Of a stretch of DNA of 64,000 nucleotides, positions 49,539-60,221 are shown piece by piece. The DNA is from an uncultured Ruminococcus sp. (GTDB lineage Bacteria; Bacillota; Clostridia; Oscillospirales; CAG-272). Both the position numbers and the translations under genes were made by a program. The stretch is taken from positions 16,170 through 80,169 of the forward strand of contig CAYSEF010000001.1 of assembly GCA_964430105.1 (NCBI GenBank), in the 5' to 3' direction. A model generated the notes under the pieces. That model did no database searches, was not told where the DNA came from, and worked only from the letters and a program-made list of their open reading frames with translations. Numbering within the stretch: the first letter of the stretch is position 1; every line of letters begins with the position of its first letter.

Positions 49539-49973
49539 ATGGCAAAGCAGGAACAGGTTGAGCTTGTTATGGAGCATATGCGGAAGGTTCAACCGTATAA
49601 GTTTTATAAAGCATTGAGTGAAGGAAATGCAGGAATAGGAGCTGTGCTCAGATATTTGAATGAATCACATAAAGATGTAACTGCCGGTGATATAAGCGAG
49701 TTTTTGCACGTCAGTACTGCCAGAGTAGCTGTGATTCTGAAGAAAATGGTGTCGCAAGAACTCATCACCAAGGAAACAGATAAATCTGATGCACGAATAA
49801 CTATAGTTCGCCTTTCACAAAAGGGTGAAGAAAAAGTAAAGCAGATAAACGATGATATATACCGTCAAATCGACATTGTTATAGATAAAATAGGTATGGA
49901 TAAAATGATGGAATTCATCGAGATATCAAATGAGATCAGAAAAGTAATGACGCCACCTAATATTGAATTTTAA
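49539..49973 (+). CDS. MarR family transcriptional regulator
   Basis: Start at ATG 49539 behind AGGAGA. wHTH DISEFLHVSTARVAVILKKMVSQELITKETDKSDARITIVRLSQKGEE. Confidence 0.85.
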   Translation: MAKQEQVELVMEHMRKVQPYKFYKALSEGNAGIGAVLRYLNESHKDVTAGDISEFLHVSTARVAVILKKMVSQELITKETDKSDARITIVRLSQKGEEKVKQINDDIYRQIDIVIDKIGMDKMMEFIEISNEIRKVMTPPNIEF

Positions 49974-50034
49974 TGCTCGTATAATGTAGATGTTAATCGT
50001 TGGTATTTTATAGCAGATAAGGAGTATATTATTT

Positions 50035-51855
50035 ATGAATGAAGTGAAAAGACCAAATAAACCGCTTGTGTTTTTTTACGCTGTAGTGCTTGTGCTTTTG
50101 GTGATTTTTAATTCTGTAATTGCCCCAATGCTTTTTGGACATAGAGTGAAAGAGGTTGATTACGGTACTTTCATGACAATGACAGAAGATGGAAATATTG
50201 GTCAGGTCGAATTACAGAATAACCAAATAGTATTTACAGATAAAGAAAACAAAAATATTTACAAAACAGGTCTGATGAATGACCCCGGGCTTACCGAACG
50301 ACTGCATAAATCAGGTGCTGTATTTGCAAGTGAAATAGTAGAAGAAGCCTCACCGATTGTCAGCTTTTTGCTGTCATGGGTGCTTCCTGTAGTGATATTC
50401 TATCTTCTCGGACAGTATATGACCAAGAAAATGATGAATAAAGCAGGTGGCGGTTCGGGCTCCATGATGTTTAATATGGGTAAGTCGAACGCAAAGATAT
50501 ATGTAAAATCGTCGGATGGTATTAAGTTCAGTGATGTTGCAGGCGAGGATGAAGCTAAGGAAAATCTTACCGAAATTGTAGATTATCTTCATAATCCGCA
50601 AAAGTACAGCGAGATCGGAGCATCAATGCCTAAGGGTATACTTCTCGTAGGACCTCCCGGAACAGGTAAAACAATGCTTGCAAAGGCAGTAGCAGGTGAA
50701 GCAAATGTGCCGTTCTTCTCAATGAGTGGTTCTGAATTTGTGGAAATGTTCGTCGGTATGGGTGCGTCAAAGGTTCGTGACTTGTTCAAGCAGGCAAAGG
50801 AAAAAGCACCTTGTATAGTTTTCATCGATGAAATTGATGCAATAGGTGGTAAGCGTTCGGCAGGTGGTATCAGCGGAGGCCATGATGAACGTGAACAAAC
50901 TCTCAATCAGCTGCTTACAGAAATGGATGGCTTTGAGGGCAATACAGGCGTAATTATTCTGGCAGCCACCAACCGTCCCGAATCTCTTGATCCGGCATTG
51001 ACACGCCCGGGACGTTTTGACCGTAGAGTACCGGTTGAATTGCCTGATCTTGTCGGACGTGAAGAAATCCTTAAAGTCCATGCGAAAAAGGTCAAAACAG
51101 AGCAGGGAATCGACTTTAATCGAATTGCAAGAATGGCGTCAGGCGCATCCGGTGCAGAGCTTGCCAATATTGTAAATGAAGCGGCTCTCCGTGCGGTTAG
51201 AGATGGACGAAATTGTGCATCGCAGGCTGACCTTGAAGAAAGCATCGAGGTAGTCATCGCAGGTTATCAGAAGAAAAACGCAATTCTCACTGATAAAGAA
51301 AAAATGATAGTTGCTTATCATGAAATAGGTCATGCACTTGTGGCTGCAAAACAGACAAATTCCGCTCCCGTTCAGAAGATTACGATAGTTCCACGTACAT
51401 CCGGCGCACTTGGTTATACTATGCAGGTGGATGAAGGTAATCACTATCTTATGACAAAGGACGAGATAGAGAATAAGATTTGCACATATACAGGTGGTCG
51501 AGCAGCTGAAGAAATTGCGATTGGTTCGATTACGACAGGTGCATCAAATGATATAGAACAGGCAACAAAGCTTGCACGAGCAATGATCACACGTTACGGT
51601 ATGAGTAATGATTTCGGTATGGTGGCGATGGAAACTGTTACCAACCAATATCTTGGCGGTGATACATCTCTTGCTTGTTCAATTGAAACACAAACTGAAA
51701 TAGATCATCAGGTAGTAGAAGTAGTGAAGAAACAGCATGAAAAAGCGATGCAAATCTTGAATGATAACAGACTCAAGCTTGATCAGCTGGCACAGTATTT
51801 GTATGAAAACGAAACTATTACCGGCGATGAATTTATGAAGATTCTTAACACATAA
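50035..51855 (+). CDS. ftsH: ATP-dependent zinc metalloprotease FtsH
   Basis: Two N-terminal TM helices. Walker A GPPGTGKT, Walker [13 protein letters not shown] region, zinc site HEIGHAL. Confidence 0.93.
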   Translation: MNEVKRPNKPLVFFYAVVLVLLVIFNSVIAPMLFGHRVKEVDYGTFMTMTEDGNIGQVELQNNQIVFTDKENKNIYKTGLMNDPGLTERLHKSGAVFASEIVEEASPIVSFLLSWVLPVVIFYLLGQYMTKKMMNKAGGGSGSMMFNMGKSNAKIYVKSSDGIKFSDVAGEDEAKENLTEIVDYLHNPQKYSEIGASMPKGILLVGPPGTGKTMLAKAVAGEANVPFFSMSGSEFVEMFVGMGASKVRDLFKQAKEKAPCIVFIDEIDAIGGKRSAGGISGGHDEREQTLNQLLTEMDGFEGNTGVIILAATNRPESLDPALTRPGRFDRRVPVELPDLVGREEILKVHAKKVKTEQGIDFNRIARMASGASGAELANIVNEAALRAVRDGRNCASQADLEESIEVVIAGYQKKNAILTDKEKMIVAYHEIGHALVAAKQTNSAPVQKITIVPRTSGALGYTMQVDEGNHYLMTKDEIENKICTYTGGRAAEEIAIGSITTGASNDIEQATKLARAMITRYGMSNDFGMVAMETVTNQYLGGDTSLACSIETQTEIDHQVVEVVKKQHEKAMQILNDNRLKLDQLAQYLYENETITGDEFMKILNT

Positions 51856-51870
51856 AAGGAGAGACTAGTA

Positions 51871-53631
51871 ATGCTAAAATTATTAAAGAGATTTCCCAAA
51901 AAAGACTTGCTTTATGTCGTAGGCTGTATAGCATTTATCATAGTACAAATATGGCTCGATATGACCATGCCTGAATACATGAGCAAGATTACCGTACTTG
52001 TTGAAACTCCCGGTAGCGTAATGTCAGAGGTATGGCAAACCGGCGGATTAATGCTTCTCTGTGCACTTGGAAGTCTTGTGGCTTCCGTAATCACTGCTAT
52101 TTTTTCTGCAAGAATAGGCAGTGACCTGGCAAACGGCCTTCGTGCTGATATGTTTAATAAAGTACAAAGCTTTTCCATGGAAGAAATCGGACATTTTTCA
52201 ACAGCGAGCCTTATCACACGTTCAACTAACGATATCCAGCAGGTACTGATGTTCATCGTAATGGGACTTCAAATGCTTATTAAAGCACCTATCACTGCGG
52301 TTTGGGCTATCTGTAAGATCGCAGATAAGGAATGGCAGTGGACAATGTCAGTTGCTGCTGCGGTTGTTGTTCTCTTGATAGTTGTAGGTGTTTGTATCGC
52401 TCTGACAATGCCGAAGTTCCGTAAGATACAGCAGTTGACAGACGATATTAACCGAGTAACCAGAGAAAACCTGAATGGTCTTAGAGTAGTTCGTGCTTAT
52501 AACGCAGAAGAATATCAGGAAAACAAATTTGAAGGCGCAAACGATGCATTGACAAGAACACAGCTCTTCACACAGAGAACAATGGCGTTTATGATGCCGT
52601 CCATGCAGCTTATAATGAGCGGCCTTTCGCTTGCTGTTTACTGGATAGGAGCATACCTCCTCAGCAATGTTACAACATTTGAGGGAAGAATTGCTATGTT
52701 TGGCGATATGATGGTATTCACACAGTACGGTATTCAGGTCGTTATGTCCTTTATGTCGCTTGTTATGATTTTTATGATGCTCCCACGTTCCACCGTTTCC
52801 GCAAAGCGTGTAAATGAAGTTCTCGATACAGTTCCTTCGATACATAACGGTACTGAAAAAGATGGTGCAGATGGCGTTGTAGGTGAGATCGAGTTCAAAA
52901 ATGTTTCGTTCCGTTATCCGGATGCCGAAGAAGATGTAATTCATGATATCACCTTCACTGCCAAGAAAGGCGAAACAGTAGCGTTTATCGGCGCAACAGG
53001 CTGTGGTAAGAGTACAGTTATCAACCTTGTGCCTCGTTTCTATGATGTTACCGGTGGTGAAGTCCTGGTAGATGGCAGAAATGTCAAGGAATATGACGAA
53101 CACGCACTCCGCAATAAGATAGCGTATGTTTCACAGAAGGCAACATTGTTCTCTGGTACTATCCGTTCAAATATTGCATATGGCGATAACGGTAAAGCAC
53201 TTCCGAATACTGACGATGTTGCAAACGCTATCGAAACCGCACAGGCTAAGGAATTTGTAGATAGTCTTGAAGATAAATACGAAGGCTATGTTGCGCAGGG
53301 AGGTACAAACTTCTCCGGAGGTCAGAAACAGCGTCTTTCTATCGCACGTGCTATTGCAAGAAATGCTGAAATCATTATTTTCGATGACTCATTCTCAGCA
53401 CTCGACTATAAAACAGACCGTGTACTTCGTAAAACACTTGATGAAAAATGTGCTGATTCCACAAGACTTATAGTCGCACAGAGAATTGGTACTATACGCG
53501 ATGCAGATAAGATCATCGTTCTTGATGAAGGAAGAATTGTAGGTATGGGTAAGCACGATGAGCTTATGCAGAACTGTGAAGTTTATCAGCAGATCGCCCT
53601 CTCACAGCTTTCAAAGGAGGAATTGGCGTAA
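51871..53631 (+). CDS. ABC exporter permease/ATP-binding subunit
   Basis: SD AAGGAG. Six TM helices. Walker A GATGCGKST, signature FSGGQKQR, Walker B IIIFDDSFSALD, H-loop VAQRIG. Confidence 0.9.
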   Translation: MLKLLKRFPKKDLLYVVGCIAFIIVQIWLDMTMPEYMSKITVLVETPGSVMSEVWQTGGLMLLCALGSLVASVITAIFSARIGSDLANGLRADMFNKVQSFSMEEIGHFSTASLITRSTNDIQQVLMFIVMGLQMLIKAPITAVWAICKIADKEWQWTMSVAAAVVVLLIVVGVCIALTMPKFRKIQQLTDDINRVTRENLNGLRVVRAYNAEEYQENKFEGANDALTRTQLFTQRTMAFMMPSMQLIMSGLSLAVYWIGAYLLSNVTTFEGRIAMFGDMMVFTQYGIQVVMSFMSLVMIFMMLPRSTVSAKRVNEVLDTVPSIHNGTEKDGADGVVGEIEFKNVSFRYPDAEEDVIHDITFTAKKGETVAFIGATGCGKSTVINLVPRFYDVTGGEVLVDGRNVKEYDEHALRNKIAYVSQKATLFSGTIRSNIAYGDNGKALPNTDDVANAIETAQAKEFVDSLEDKYEGYVAQGGTNFSGGQKQRLSIARAIARNAEIIIFDDSFSALDYKTDRVLRKTLDEKCADSTRLIVAQRIGTIRDADKIIVLDEGRIVGMGKHDELMQNCEVYQQIALSQLSKEELA

Positions 53632-55484
53632 TGGAAAAGAAAGAATATGAATTTGGTCAGACACAGCAAAGACCTGTTCGTCGTGGCCCAGGTATGGGAC
53701 CTGGCAGAAGAATGGGTGGAGGTGAAAAGCCCAAGGATCTTGTCGGTACATGGAAAAAACTTCTCGGATATTGTAAAAAATATTCACTTGCTTTTTGTAT
53801 AGCGATTATCTGTGCAATAGGCGGAACAATACTTCAGCTTCTTGGACCGGATAAGCTTTCCGATATCGCAAAATATATAGAAGAAGGTCTTTTTACAGGA
53901 GATATAAATCTTAGTTCTATTTTTAATGTAGGTGTTACGCTCGTATTTTTCTATGCGGCAAGCTGGATATTGGCAACAACACAGCATTGGATAATGTCAA
54001 CAATTACTCAGCGTGTGTCCAAAACTATGCGTAAGGATATTTCACATAAGATCAATAAGCTTCCGATGTGGTACTACAATCGTAATTCCACAGGTGATGT
54101 GCTTTCTCGTGTGACCAACGACGTAGATACCATTGGACAGTCGCTCAATCAGAGCATCGGTAATATGATCTCACAGGTAGTTTTGTTTGTGGGAAGCTTC
54201 TTTATGATGCTCATTACAAACTGGGTTATGGCTCTCACAGCAGTTGTTGCAACACTTTTTGGCTTTGTATTTATGATGCTTATTATGGGAAAGAGCCAGA
54301 AGTATTTCGTCAGCCAGCAGAGAAATCTCGGTGCGCTCAATGGTCATATAGAAGAGATTTACGCAGGTCATACAGTAGTTAAAGCATACAATGGCGAAGA
54401 ACAGGCTATAAAAACCTTCGATGAATTGAATAATAATCTCCGTGAAAGCGGTTTCAAAGCACATTGCCTCTCCGGCCTTATGATGCCTCTTATGACATTT
54501 ATTGGTAATTTTGCATATGTTGCCGTATGTATCGTTGGTGGCGCAATGGCACTTAATGGTACTATCGATTTCTCTGTAATCGTAGCATTTGTATTGTATG
54601 TTCGATATTTCACTCAGCCTCTGTCACAGATTGCTCAGTCTATGCAGAATCTCCAGTCAGCAGCCGCAGCAGGCGAGCGTGTGTTTGAATTTCTTGAAGC
54701 TGAAGAAATGGAAGATGAAAGTCAAAAGACAAAGCGTCTTCAGAATGTTAAAGGCTCTGTTGATTTTGAACACGTTAAGTTTGGTTACGAAGATACAGAT
54801 AAAACCATCATCCATGATTTTTCAGCATCAGCAAAGCCGGGTCAGAAGATTGCTATTGTAGGTCCCACAGGTGCCGGAAAAACAACAATGGTAAATCTGC
54901 TTATGAGATTCCATGAAATTCAGGGTGGTGAGATTCGCATCGACGGAATATCCACTAAGGATGTAACAAGAGAAGATGTCCATGATCAGTTCTGTATGGT
55001 TCTTCAAGATACATGGCTGTTTGAAGGCACAGTTCGTGAAAATTTAGTATATTCTACAACAAATGTAACTGATGAAAAAATAGAAAACGCCTGCAAAGCT
55101 GTTGGTCTGCACCATTTTATCAAGACATTGCCTCATGGATATGATACAGTGCTGTCAGATCAGGTAAACCTTTCTCAGGGTCAGAAACAGCAGCTTACAA
55201 TAGCTCGTGCAATGATTGCAGATAAGCCAATGCTTATTCTTGACGAAGCTACATCATCTGTAGATACACGAACCGAGCTTCAGATTCAGAATGCTATGGA
55301 TAAACTCATGCATGGCAGAACATCGTTTGTTATAGCGCATAGACTTTCCACTATCAAGAATTCCGACCTTATTCTTGTTATGAAGGACGGGGATATCATT
55401 GAAAGTGGCAACCATGAAGAATTGCTTGCAAAAGGTGGCTTCTATGCAGAGCTTTATAATAGCCAGTTCGAACAGGCATCGTGA
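53631..55484 (+). CDS. ABC exporter permease/ATP-binding subunit (partner of preceding gene)
   Basis: 1-nt overlap with the upstream stop. Walker A GPTGAGKTT, signature LSQGQKQQ, Walker B LILDEATSSVD, H-loop IAHRLS. Confidence 0.9.
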   Translation: MEKKEYEFGQTQQRPVRRGPGMGPGRRMGGGEKPKDLVGTWKKLLGYCKKYSLAFCIAIICAIGGTILQLLGPDKLSDIAKYIEEGLFTGDINLSSIFNVGVTLVFFYAASWILATTQHWIMSTITQRVSKTMRKDISHKINKLPMWYYNRNSTGDVLSRVTNDVDTIGQSLNQSIGNMISQVVLFVGSFFMMLITNWVMALTAVVATLFGFVFMMLIMGKSQKYFVSQQRNLGALNGHIEEIYAGHTVVKAYNGEEQAIKTFDELNNNLRESGFKAHCLSGLMMPLMTFIGNFAYVAVCIVGGAMALNGTIDFSVIVAFVLYVRYFTQPLSQIAQSMQNLQSAAAAGERVFEFLEAEEMEDESQKTKRLQNVKGSVDFEHVKFGYEDTDKTIIHDFSASAKPGQKIAIVGPTGAGKTTMVNLLMRFHEIQGGEIRIDGISTKDVTREDVHDQFCMVLQDTWLFEGTVRENLVYSTTNVTDEKIENACKAVGLHHFIKTLPHGYDTVLSDQVNLSQGQKQQLTIARAMIADKPMLILDEATSSVDTRTELQIQNAMDKLMHGRTSFVIAHRLSTIKNSDLILVMKDGDIIESGNHEELLAKGGFYAELYNSQFEQAS

Positions 55485-55514
55485 AAAGCATAATATAGTA
55501 GCTGAAAAATAATA

Positions 55515-55564
55515 TAAAAAAGGAGTTATCTGTCGGATGTACCGATGAATAACTCCTTTTTTTA
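55515..55564. terminator. bidirectional intrinsic terminator
   Basis: 9-bp stem AGGAGTTAT (55521-55529) / ATAACTCCT (55549-55557) with an inner TCGG/CCGA pairing, flanked by an A-run and a T-run. Confidence 0.85.
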
Positions 55565-55571
55565 TTAAGAT

Positions 55572-56189
55572 TTATCTGTTCCTCTGTGTTTTTGATCTGT
55601 CAAATGCGGGATTGTAGCCATAGAAATTTTGTGAATCCAGGTCGTCTTGTACTATACGGAGTGCTTCACCGAATCTTTGATAATGCACGATTTCACGTTC
55701 GCGTAGGAACTTTATCGGGTCGCAAACATCCGGATCATCGATTAAGCGAAGTAGATTGTCGTAGGTTGTTCTTGCTTTTTGTTCTGCTGCAAGATCCTCA
55801 TTGAGATCTGTGATAGGATCGCCCTTAATTCCGACATATTTCATGTCAAAAGGTACGCCAGAGGCAGCGATAGGGTAAATTCCGACTGTGTGATCGACAA
55901 AGTAGGTGTCAAATCCTGATTTTTTTATATCCTCAATGCTTAAATTTCTCGTCAACTGATGAAGAATTGCGGCAACTATTTCAAGATGTGCAAGTTCTTC
56001 CGTACCTATATCTGTCAATGTACCGGCAACTTCGCGACATGGCATAGAATATCTCTGATGCAGATATCGCATTGAGGCACCCATTTCTCCGTCAGGGCCA
56101 CCAAGCTGTGTAATAATTACCTTGGCAAGGGAGGGGTTCGGATTTTTAATCTTGACAGGGTATTGCAGTTTCTTTTCATATATCCACAT
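55572..56189 (-). CDS. cotJC: spore coat protein CotJC (manganese-catalase-like ferritin fold)
   Basis: MWIYEKKLQYPVKI...GGPDGEMGASMRYLHQRY...GTEELAHLE. Confidence 0.88.
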   Translation of the reverse strand: MWIYEKKLQYPVKIKNPNPSLAKVIITQLGGPDGEMGASMRYLHQRYSMPCREVAGTLTDIGTEELAHLEIVAAILHQLTRNLSIEDIKKSGFDTYFVDHTVGIYPIAASGVPFDMKYVGIKGDPITDLNEDLAAEQKARTTYDNLLRLIDDPDVCDPIKFLREREIVHYQRFGEALRIVQDDLDSQNFYGYNPAFDRSKTQRNR

Positions 56190-56212
56190 GATCCATTATT
56201 CCTTTCGTTAAC

Positions 56213-56458
56213 TCAAACTTCCCATGGCCAAGGTTCTTCTGCCCAGCGCCAGTAATCTTCGCATTCGTTTCCGTACATCGTAATAGGGCCATAGCTTTGC
56301 TCGTATTTTTTTACCGCTTCGTTGTACATCTGACGATATTTGTTATAAAATCTCAGTGCTTTTCGACAATGTGGGTGTGTGTCCAAATAGAGAACAGCCT
56401 CTGTCACTGCAAAAGAATAATTCTGTATCATTCTCATCAGCTTTTTTTGCTCATTCAT
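56213..56458 (-). CDS. cotJB: spore coat protein CotJB
   Basis: 81 aa, FAVTEAVLYLDTHP....AL..Y pattern. Located between the cotJA-like gene and cotJC. Confidence 0.82.
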   Translation of the reverse strand: MNEQKKLMRMIQNYSFAVTEAVLYLDTHPHCRKALRFYNKYRQMYNEAVKKYEQSYGPITMYGNECEDYWRWAEEPWPWEV

Positions 56459-56492
56459 CTTTAGTCAATCTCCTTTGCATTCTATTGTGTAT

Positions 56493-56915
56493 TCAACGAC
56501 AGCTTTCACAAGCGGGATAAAACGGTAATTCAAGTTTTTTGAATAGTGTTCCGTGTGATAAAGCTTCATCAACGTCAAACATTTCGTCGAAGCTCTGATC
56601 GGGAAAATATGCCATTGCAAGATGCTTTCCGTTTAGACAGCTGTTGACTTCACAGGTTTCTCTATCTTCGCATCCACAGTCATAATTTGATCCGGTATTA
56701 TCGTTTTTCGGTGGCTGTTGTACTTGACGTGTCATCTGATAAGGACTTGGACGGTTGCTTTGATATCTGTTTCTGCATCCGCATGAAGCAGTGTTCTGCG
56801 TGTTTGATATTCTGCTGTATTGAGCTGATGGCATTTCGGATTTCTCTAAAAGCTGTGTGAGTGTTTCGTCATCAACCATTTCACGCGGTGTTCCACGGTA
56901 TTTTCTGTTTTCCAT
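56493..56915 (-). CDS. cotJA: CotJA-like spore coat-associated protein with long N-terminal extension
   Basis: C-terminal LAMAYFPDQSFDEMFDVDEALSHGTLFKKLELPFY matches the short CotJA motif. The upstream ~95 aa are Q/P/C/N-rich. GGAGGA SD before ATG 56915. Confidence 0.7.
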   Translation of the reverse strand: MENRKYRGTPREMVDDETLTQLLEKSEMPSAQYSRISNTQNTASCGCRNRYQSNRPSPYQMTRQVQQPPKNDNTGSNYDCGCEDRETCEVNSCLNGKHLAMAYFPDQSFDEMFDVDEALSHGTLFKKLELPFYPACESCR

Positions 56916-57047
56916 TATATTGCAGATCCTCCGATCATATATTGAGGTGCATTTGAGCGACCTCAGAAGCAGTATATGTAGAATTATGCGGGCGTGACAC
57001 GAAAGCCTATAGTAAATTATCGTGCTGTATCGGACTCCTTAATTCTC

Positions 57048-57076
57048 TTGCAATCTACATTAAATTATGCTATACT
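57048..57076 (+). promoter_or_regulatory. sigma-A promoter of rnhA
   Basis: TTGCAA (57048-57053), 17-nt spacer, TATACT (57071-57076). Confidence 0.6.
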
Positions 57077-57106
57077 AATTCCAGAACATTACTACAGGAG
57101 ATAAAA

Positions 57107-57559
57107 ATGCAGCATATAGATATTTATACCGATGGCTCATGCTTGAAAAATCCGGGCCCGGGCGGATGGGGAGCAATCCTTGTCTATAAAGAAATTGAAA
57201 AGGAACTTTCGGGTGGAGAAGCAGATACTACGAACAACCGTATGGAGCTTACTGCGGCAATTAAAGCTCTTGAAGCGCTTAATCGACCGTGTGAAGTCAC
57301 AATGACATCAGATTCAAAATACCTCTGTGATGGAATCGGTAAAGGCTGGGCATCTTCATGGAAGAAAAAAGGCTGGAAAAAATCAGATGGCTCACCGGCA
57401 CTGAATCCTGATCTGTGGGATAGATTGCTCGACTTGTGTACAACACATTCAGTAACTTTTGTCTGGGTAAAAGGCCACGCAGGTCACCCATATAATGAAC
57501 GATGTGACGAAATGGCACAGGCGAGAGCAACAGAGTTTAAAATGGGGGCAAAAAAATGA
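57107..57559 (+). CDS. rnhA: ribonuclease HI
   Basis: DEDD catalytic contexts [20 protein letters not shown] and NERCDEMA. 150 aa. Confidence 0.9.
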   Translation: MQHIDIYTDGSCLKNPGPGGWGAILVYKEIEKELSGGEADTTNNRMELTAAIKALEALNRPCEVTMTSDSKYLCDGIGKGWASSWKKKGWKKSDGSPALNPDLWDRLLDLCTTHSVTFVWVKGHAGHPYNERCDEMAQARATEFKMGAKK

Positions 57560-57846
57560 AGTACCCCCTCCTTACCCTGCTTGTCATCCATCTATGCGTC
57601 ATTTCACTTATTTCGATATTTGTAACAATATCGGATAAGCTCAAAGCGAAAAGAGGGAAGTGGCGGGTACCTGAGGCGGTACTCATGTTGTTGTCAGCCG
57701 TAGGTGGATCGTTTGCGATGTATGTTACAATGCATCTCATCCGCCATAAGACTAAACATAAGAAATTCATGGTCGGTATTCCGATAATTATGGTGTTTCA
57801 CTTAATTCTGCTTGCATGGATACTTTATTCTTACGGTTTATTTTAA
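57556..57846 (+). CDS. DUF1294 family small membrane protein
   Basis: ATGA overlap with rnh[31 protein letters not shown]...HKTKHKKF. Confidence 0.8.
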   Translation: MKYPLLTLLVIHLCVISLISIFVTISDKLKAKRGKWRVPEAVLMLLSAVGGSFAMYVTMHLIRHKTKHKKFMVGIPIIMVFHLILLAWILYSYGLF

Positions 57847-60124
57847 TGCGAAATTCATCCGGTTCAAGTATTACATTTGAATCATTTATTTCTTTTACAG
57901 TTTCGTCAGACAGCCATTCATAAGCTTGACTGCTGACAATTATTGCCATTGGTTTGTTTAGTGACAGATCGATGGCTTTTTTGTATACCGGACTGTGCCT
58001 TCCGAGAATAGGAAAGTCTGCGTCTTCAATAGCCTTTGTTATTTCCGGAACAGATTGATTGAATGAACACGATGCTATCACCGCATTTATTCCGTTCATA
58101 TCGATTCCTACTGAGGTTATAGGATGAGTAGAGCGTGAAATATATTTTCGTTCATATAGCGTGATTTGTGTATCACCAAATGTGAAGCTTCCGTTGACAG
58201 GTATCGTCGTCACGTCAACACCGTATCTTTCAGCAGTTTCACATAACGCTTTGTATATTTCCGGTTCGTCACGATCTTTATATTCTATCGGCTCAGGAAG
58301 AACTATGTTTCTTACTATCTCACGCTCACAAAGTCGTGATAACAGTTGTATGTGCCTGTTGTGATAATGTGTTATCAGTATCGTTTCAATTTCACAGCAG
58401 TGCATATCGGAAATTTCGTTTGTTAGATTGTAACTGTATCCAAACGATGCATCCGAAATTTCGCAGATAAGCACTTTCCCGTCAGATTTCAGCACAAATC
58501 CGTCGTTTTTCTTTTCGGGTAGGTATGAAAAATAAATATTTTGGCTGTCAACGAGATTTACAATTCCAATAACAGAGAAGAATGTTACGCATATTCCGCA
58601 GATTGAAACAATAACTCGTTTTCGCCAAATTTTGTTTGAAAATGGCATAATAACGAGAAGAACAGTGAGCGGAACGAGAAAGAATATCGTGAATGAGTAA
58701 TTTACAGGCAGCATTATCCAATCTTTGAGTGAAAAATAACCGGCTAATCTTTCGAGTATACCACAATACGCATTCAAAAGTGCAGTCATAGGAAATATAA
58801 AAATCTTCAGTGGATAAAGCAGTATGTAAAGTCCACTCAGATACATAAGTATCGTTATGAGAGGGATAAAAATTACGTTTACGGGAATGGAAATAAGTGA
58901 GATCTCACCGAAATACAGCCACATGAGAGGCAGTGTGTTTATCGTAATAAGCGAGGTCATGAGTATAGTTTCGAATACATTTATAAACATTCTAACTATC
59001 CTGCTGCGCATTCTGAAGCCTTTGCTTCTTAAAGCTTTTGTCAAAGAACGACGGTTTTGCAGGAAGAAAATACAGCTGAATGTTGCTATAAACGAAAGCT
59101 GAAGCCCGCAGTCCATAGCGGAATACGGATTCGCCAATATCATAACAGTGCCGGATATAGCGAATGAGTTAATCATATTTGCCTTGCGAGAAACTATTAT
59201 TGCAAGCTGAGAGAGAAGATGCATTATTCCTGCACGAACGACAGATGGAGTAAATCCTGTAAGAAACATGAAAAATATTATGATTATCATGTTAAGTAAA
59301 GCTCTCAAACGTCGGTTGATATGCATACGCCTCATAGCACGTTCAGTGAATGAAATAATTACAGAAAAATGCGTTCCGCTTACAACAAGTAAATGAGATA
59401 TTCCCAAGCGTCTGAAATCACGCATAACAGAATCTGTAAGGCTATCTCTGTTGCCAAGAAGAACCGCTGTGGCTATTCCTCCTGCGTTTCGTCCGACATG
59501 AGCAAGTATTATTGCAGACAGCTTGTCGTTAAATTCGTTAAATAATTTTGTAAGAGAAAATGAGCTTTTATATCCGCTCTCTTTGAGTGAAACATCGTCA
59601 GCTGTTATCATTATTTTGTCCGGTAGGTAATAATGTACACCATTGAAGCTGTCGTTGCCGAATTCGGATAATGCAGTATAAGTGACTTCACCCGAAAGAA
59701 TAGTGCCATCGGATAGTGCGGTTTTGTCTGTGTTGAGAATCAGCTGGCTTCCATTTGGAATAAGCTCAGAGCTTTCGATAACAGCTTTGTAACGTGCCGC
59801 ATACGATAATGTAAAGTCACACTCTGTTATTCGCAGTGTTACAGTATCGGTTTCGGCATTGTGCTTTTCGTAACTGTTTGCCTTAATATCAAAGAATATA
59901 AAAGACCAAATACCTGCTGCAAGACCGGCTGAGAGGATAAATATTAAAGCTGTACGCAGCTCATTGCCTACAGTAATTTTTTTGAAGATAAACGCCAAAA
60001 GAAAAAGCAAGGCCAGAAATATGATAATTATTTTGAGAATAGTTCCACAATAAGCAAACAGACATGACATCACAAAAAATGCCATAAACATTGCGATAGT
60101 AGGAAACTGCTCAATAAATTTCAT
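57788..60124 (-). CDS. comEC: DNA internalization competence protein ComEC/Rec2
   Basis: 778 aa. N-terminal TM/OB region, central polytopic competence domain and a C-terminal metallo-beta-lactamase-like region (ILITHYHNRH). Confidence 0.85.
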   Translation of the reverse strand: MKFIEQFPTIAMFMAFFVMSCLFAYCGTILKIIIIFLALLFLLAFIFKKITVGNELRTALIFILSAGLAAGIWSFIFFDIKANSYEKHNAETDTVTLRITECDFTLSYAARYKAVIESSELIPNGSQLILNTDKTALSDGTILSGEVTYTALSEFGNDSFNGVHYYLPDKIMITADDVSLKESGYKSSFSLTKLFNEFNDKLSAIILAHVGRNAGGIATAVLLGNRDSLTDSVMRDFRRLGISHLLVVSGTHFSVIISFTERAMRRMHINRRLRALLNMIIIIFFMFLTGFTPSVVRAGIMHLLSQLAIIVSRKANMINSFAISGTVMILANPYSAMDCGLQLSFIATFSCIFFLQNRRSLTKALRSKGFRMRSRIVRMFINVFETILMTSLITINTLPLMWLYFGEISLISIPVNVIFIPLITILMYLSGLYILLYPLKIFIFPMTALLNAYCGILERLAGYFSLKDWIMLPVNYSFTIFFLVPLTVLLVIMPFSNKIWRKRVIVSICGICVTFFSVIGIVNLVDSQNIYFSYLPEKKNDGFVLKSDGKVLICEISDASFGYSYNLTNEISDMHCCEIETILITHYHNRHIQLLSRLCEREIVRNIVLPEPIEYKDRDEPEIYKALCETAERYGVDVTTIPVNGSFTFGDTQITLYERKYISRSTHPITSVGIDMNGINAVIASCSFNQSVPEITKAIEDADFPILGRHSPVYKKAIDLSLNKPMAIIVSSQAYEWLSDETVKEINDSNVILEPDEFRIKINRKNKVSMQAELSETP

Positions 60125-60221
60125 ATTCTATTGACCTTGCTTTCTGTCGATTTGTTAGTATTATAATATCACAAATTGACTAAAAAGTACATAGGAGGTG
60201 TAATTATTCTGCGGAGTCGTT

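Noticed and set aside
49305-49592. 95-aa minus-strand ORF in the pit-marR intergenic region
   Set aside because: It runs across the marR promoter, leader and start codon. It has no SD and an Ile/Leu/Asn-rich translation typical of AT-rich non-coding DNA.
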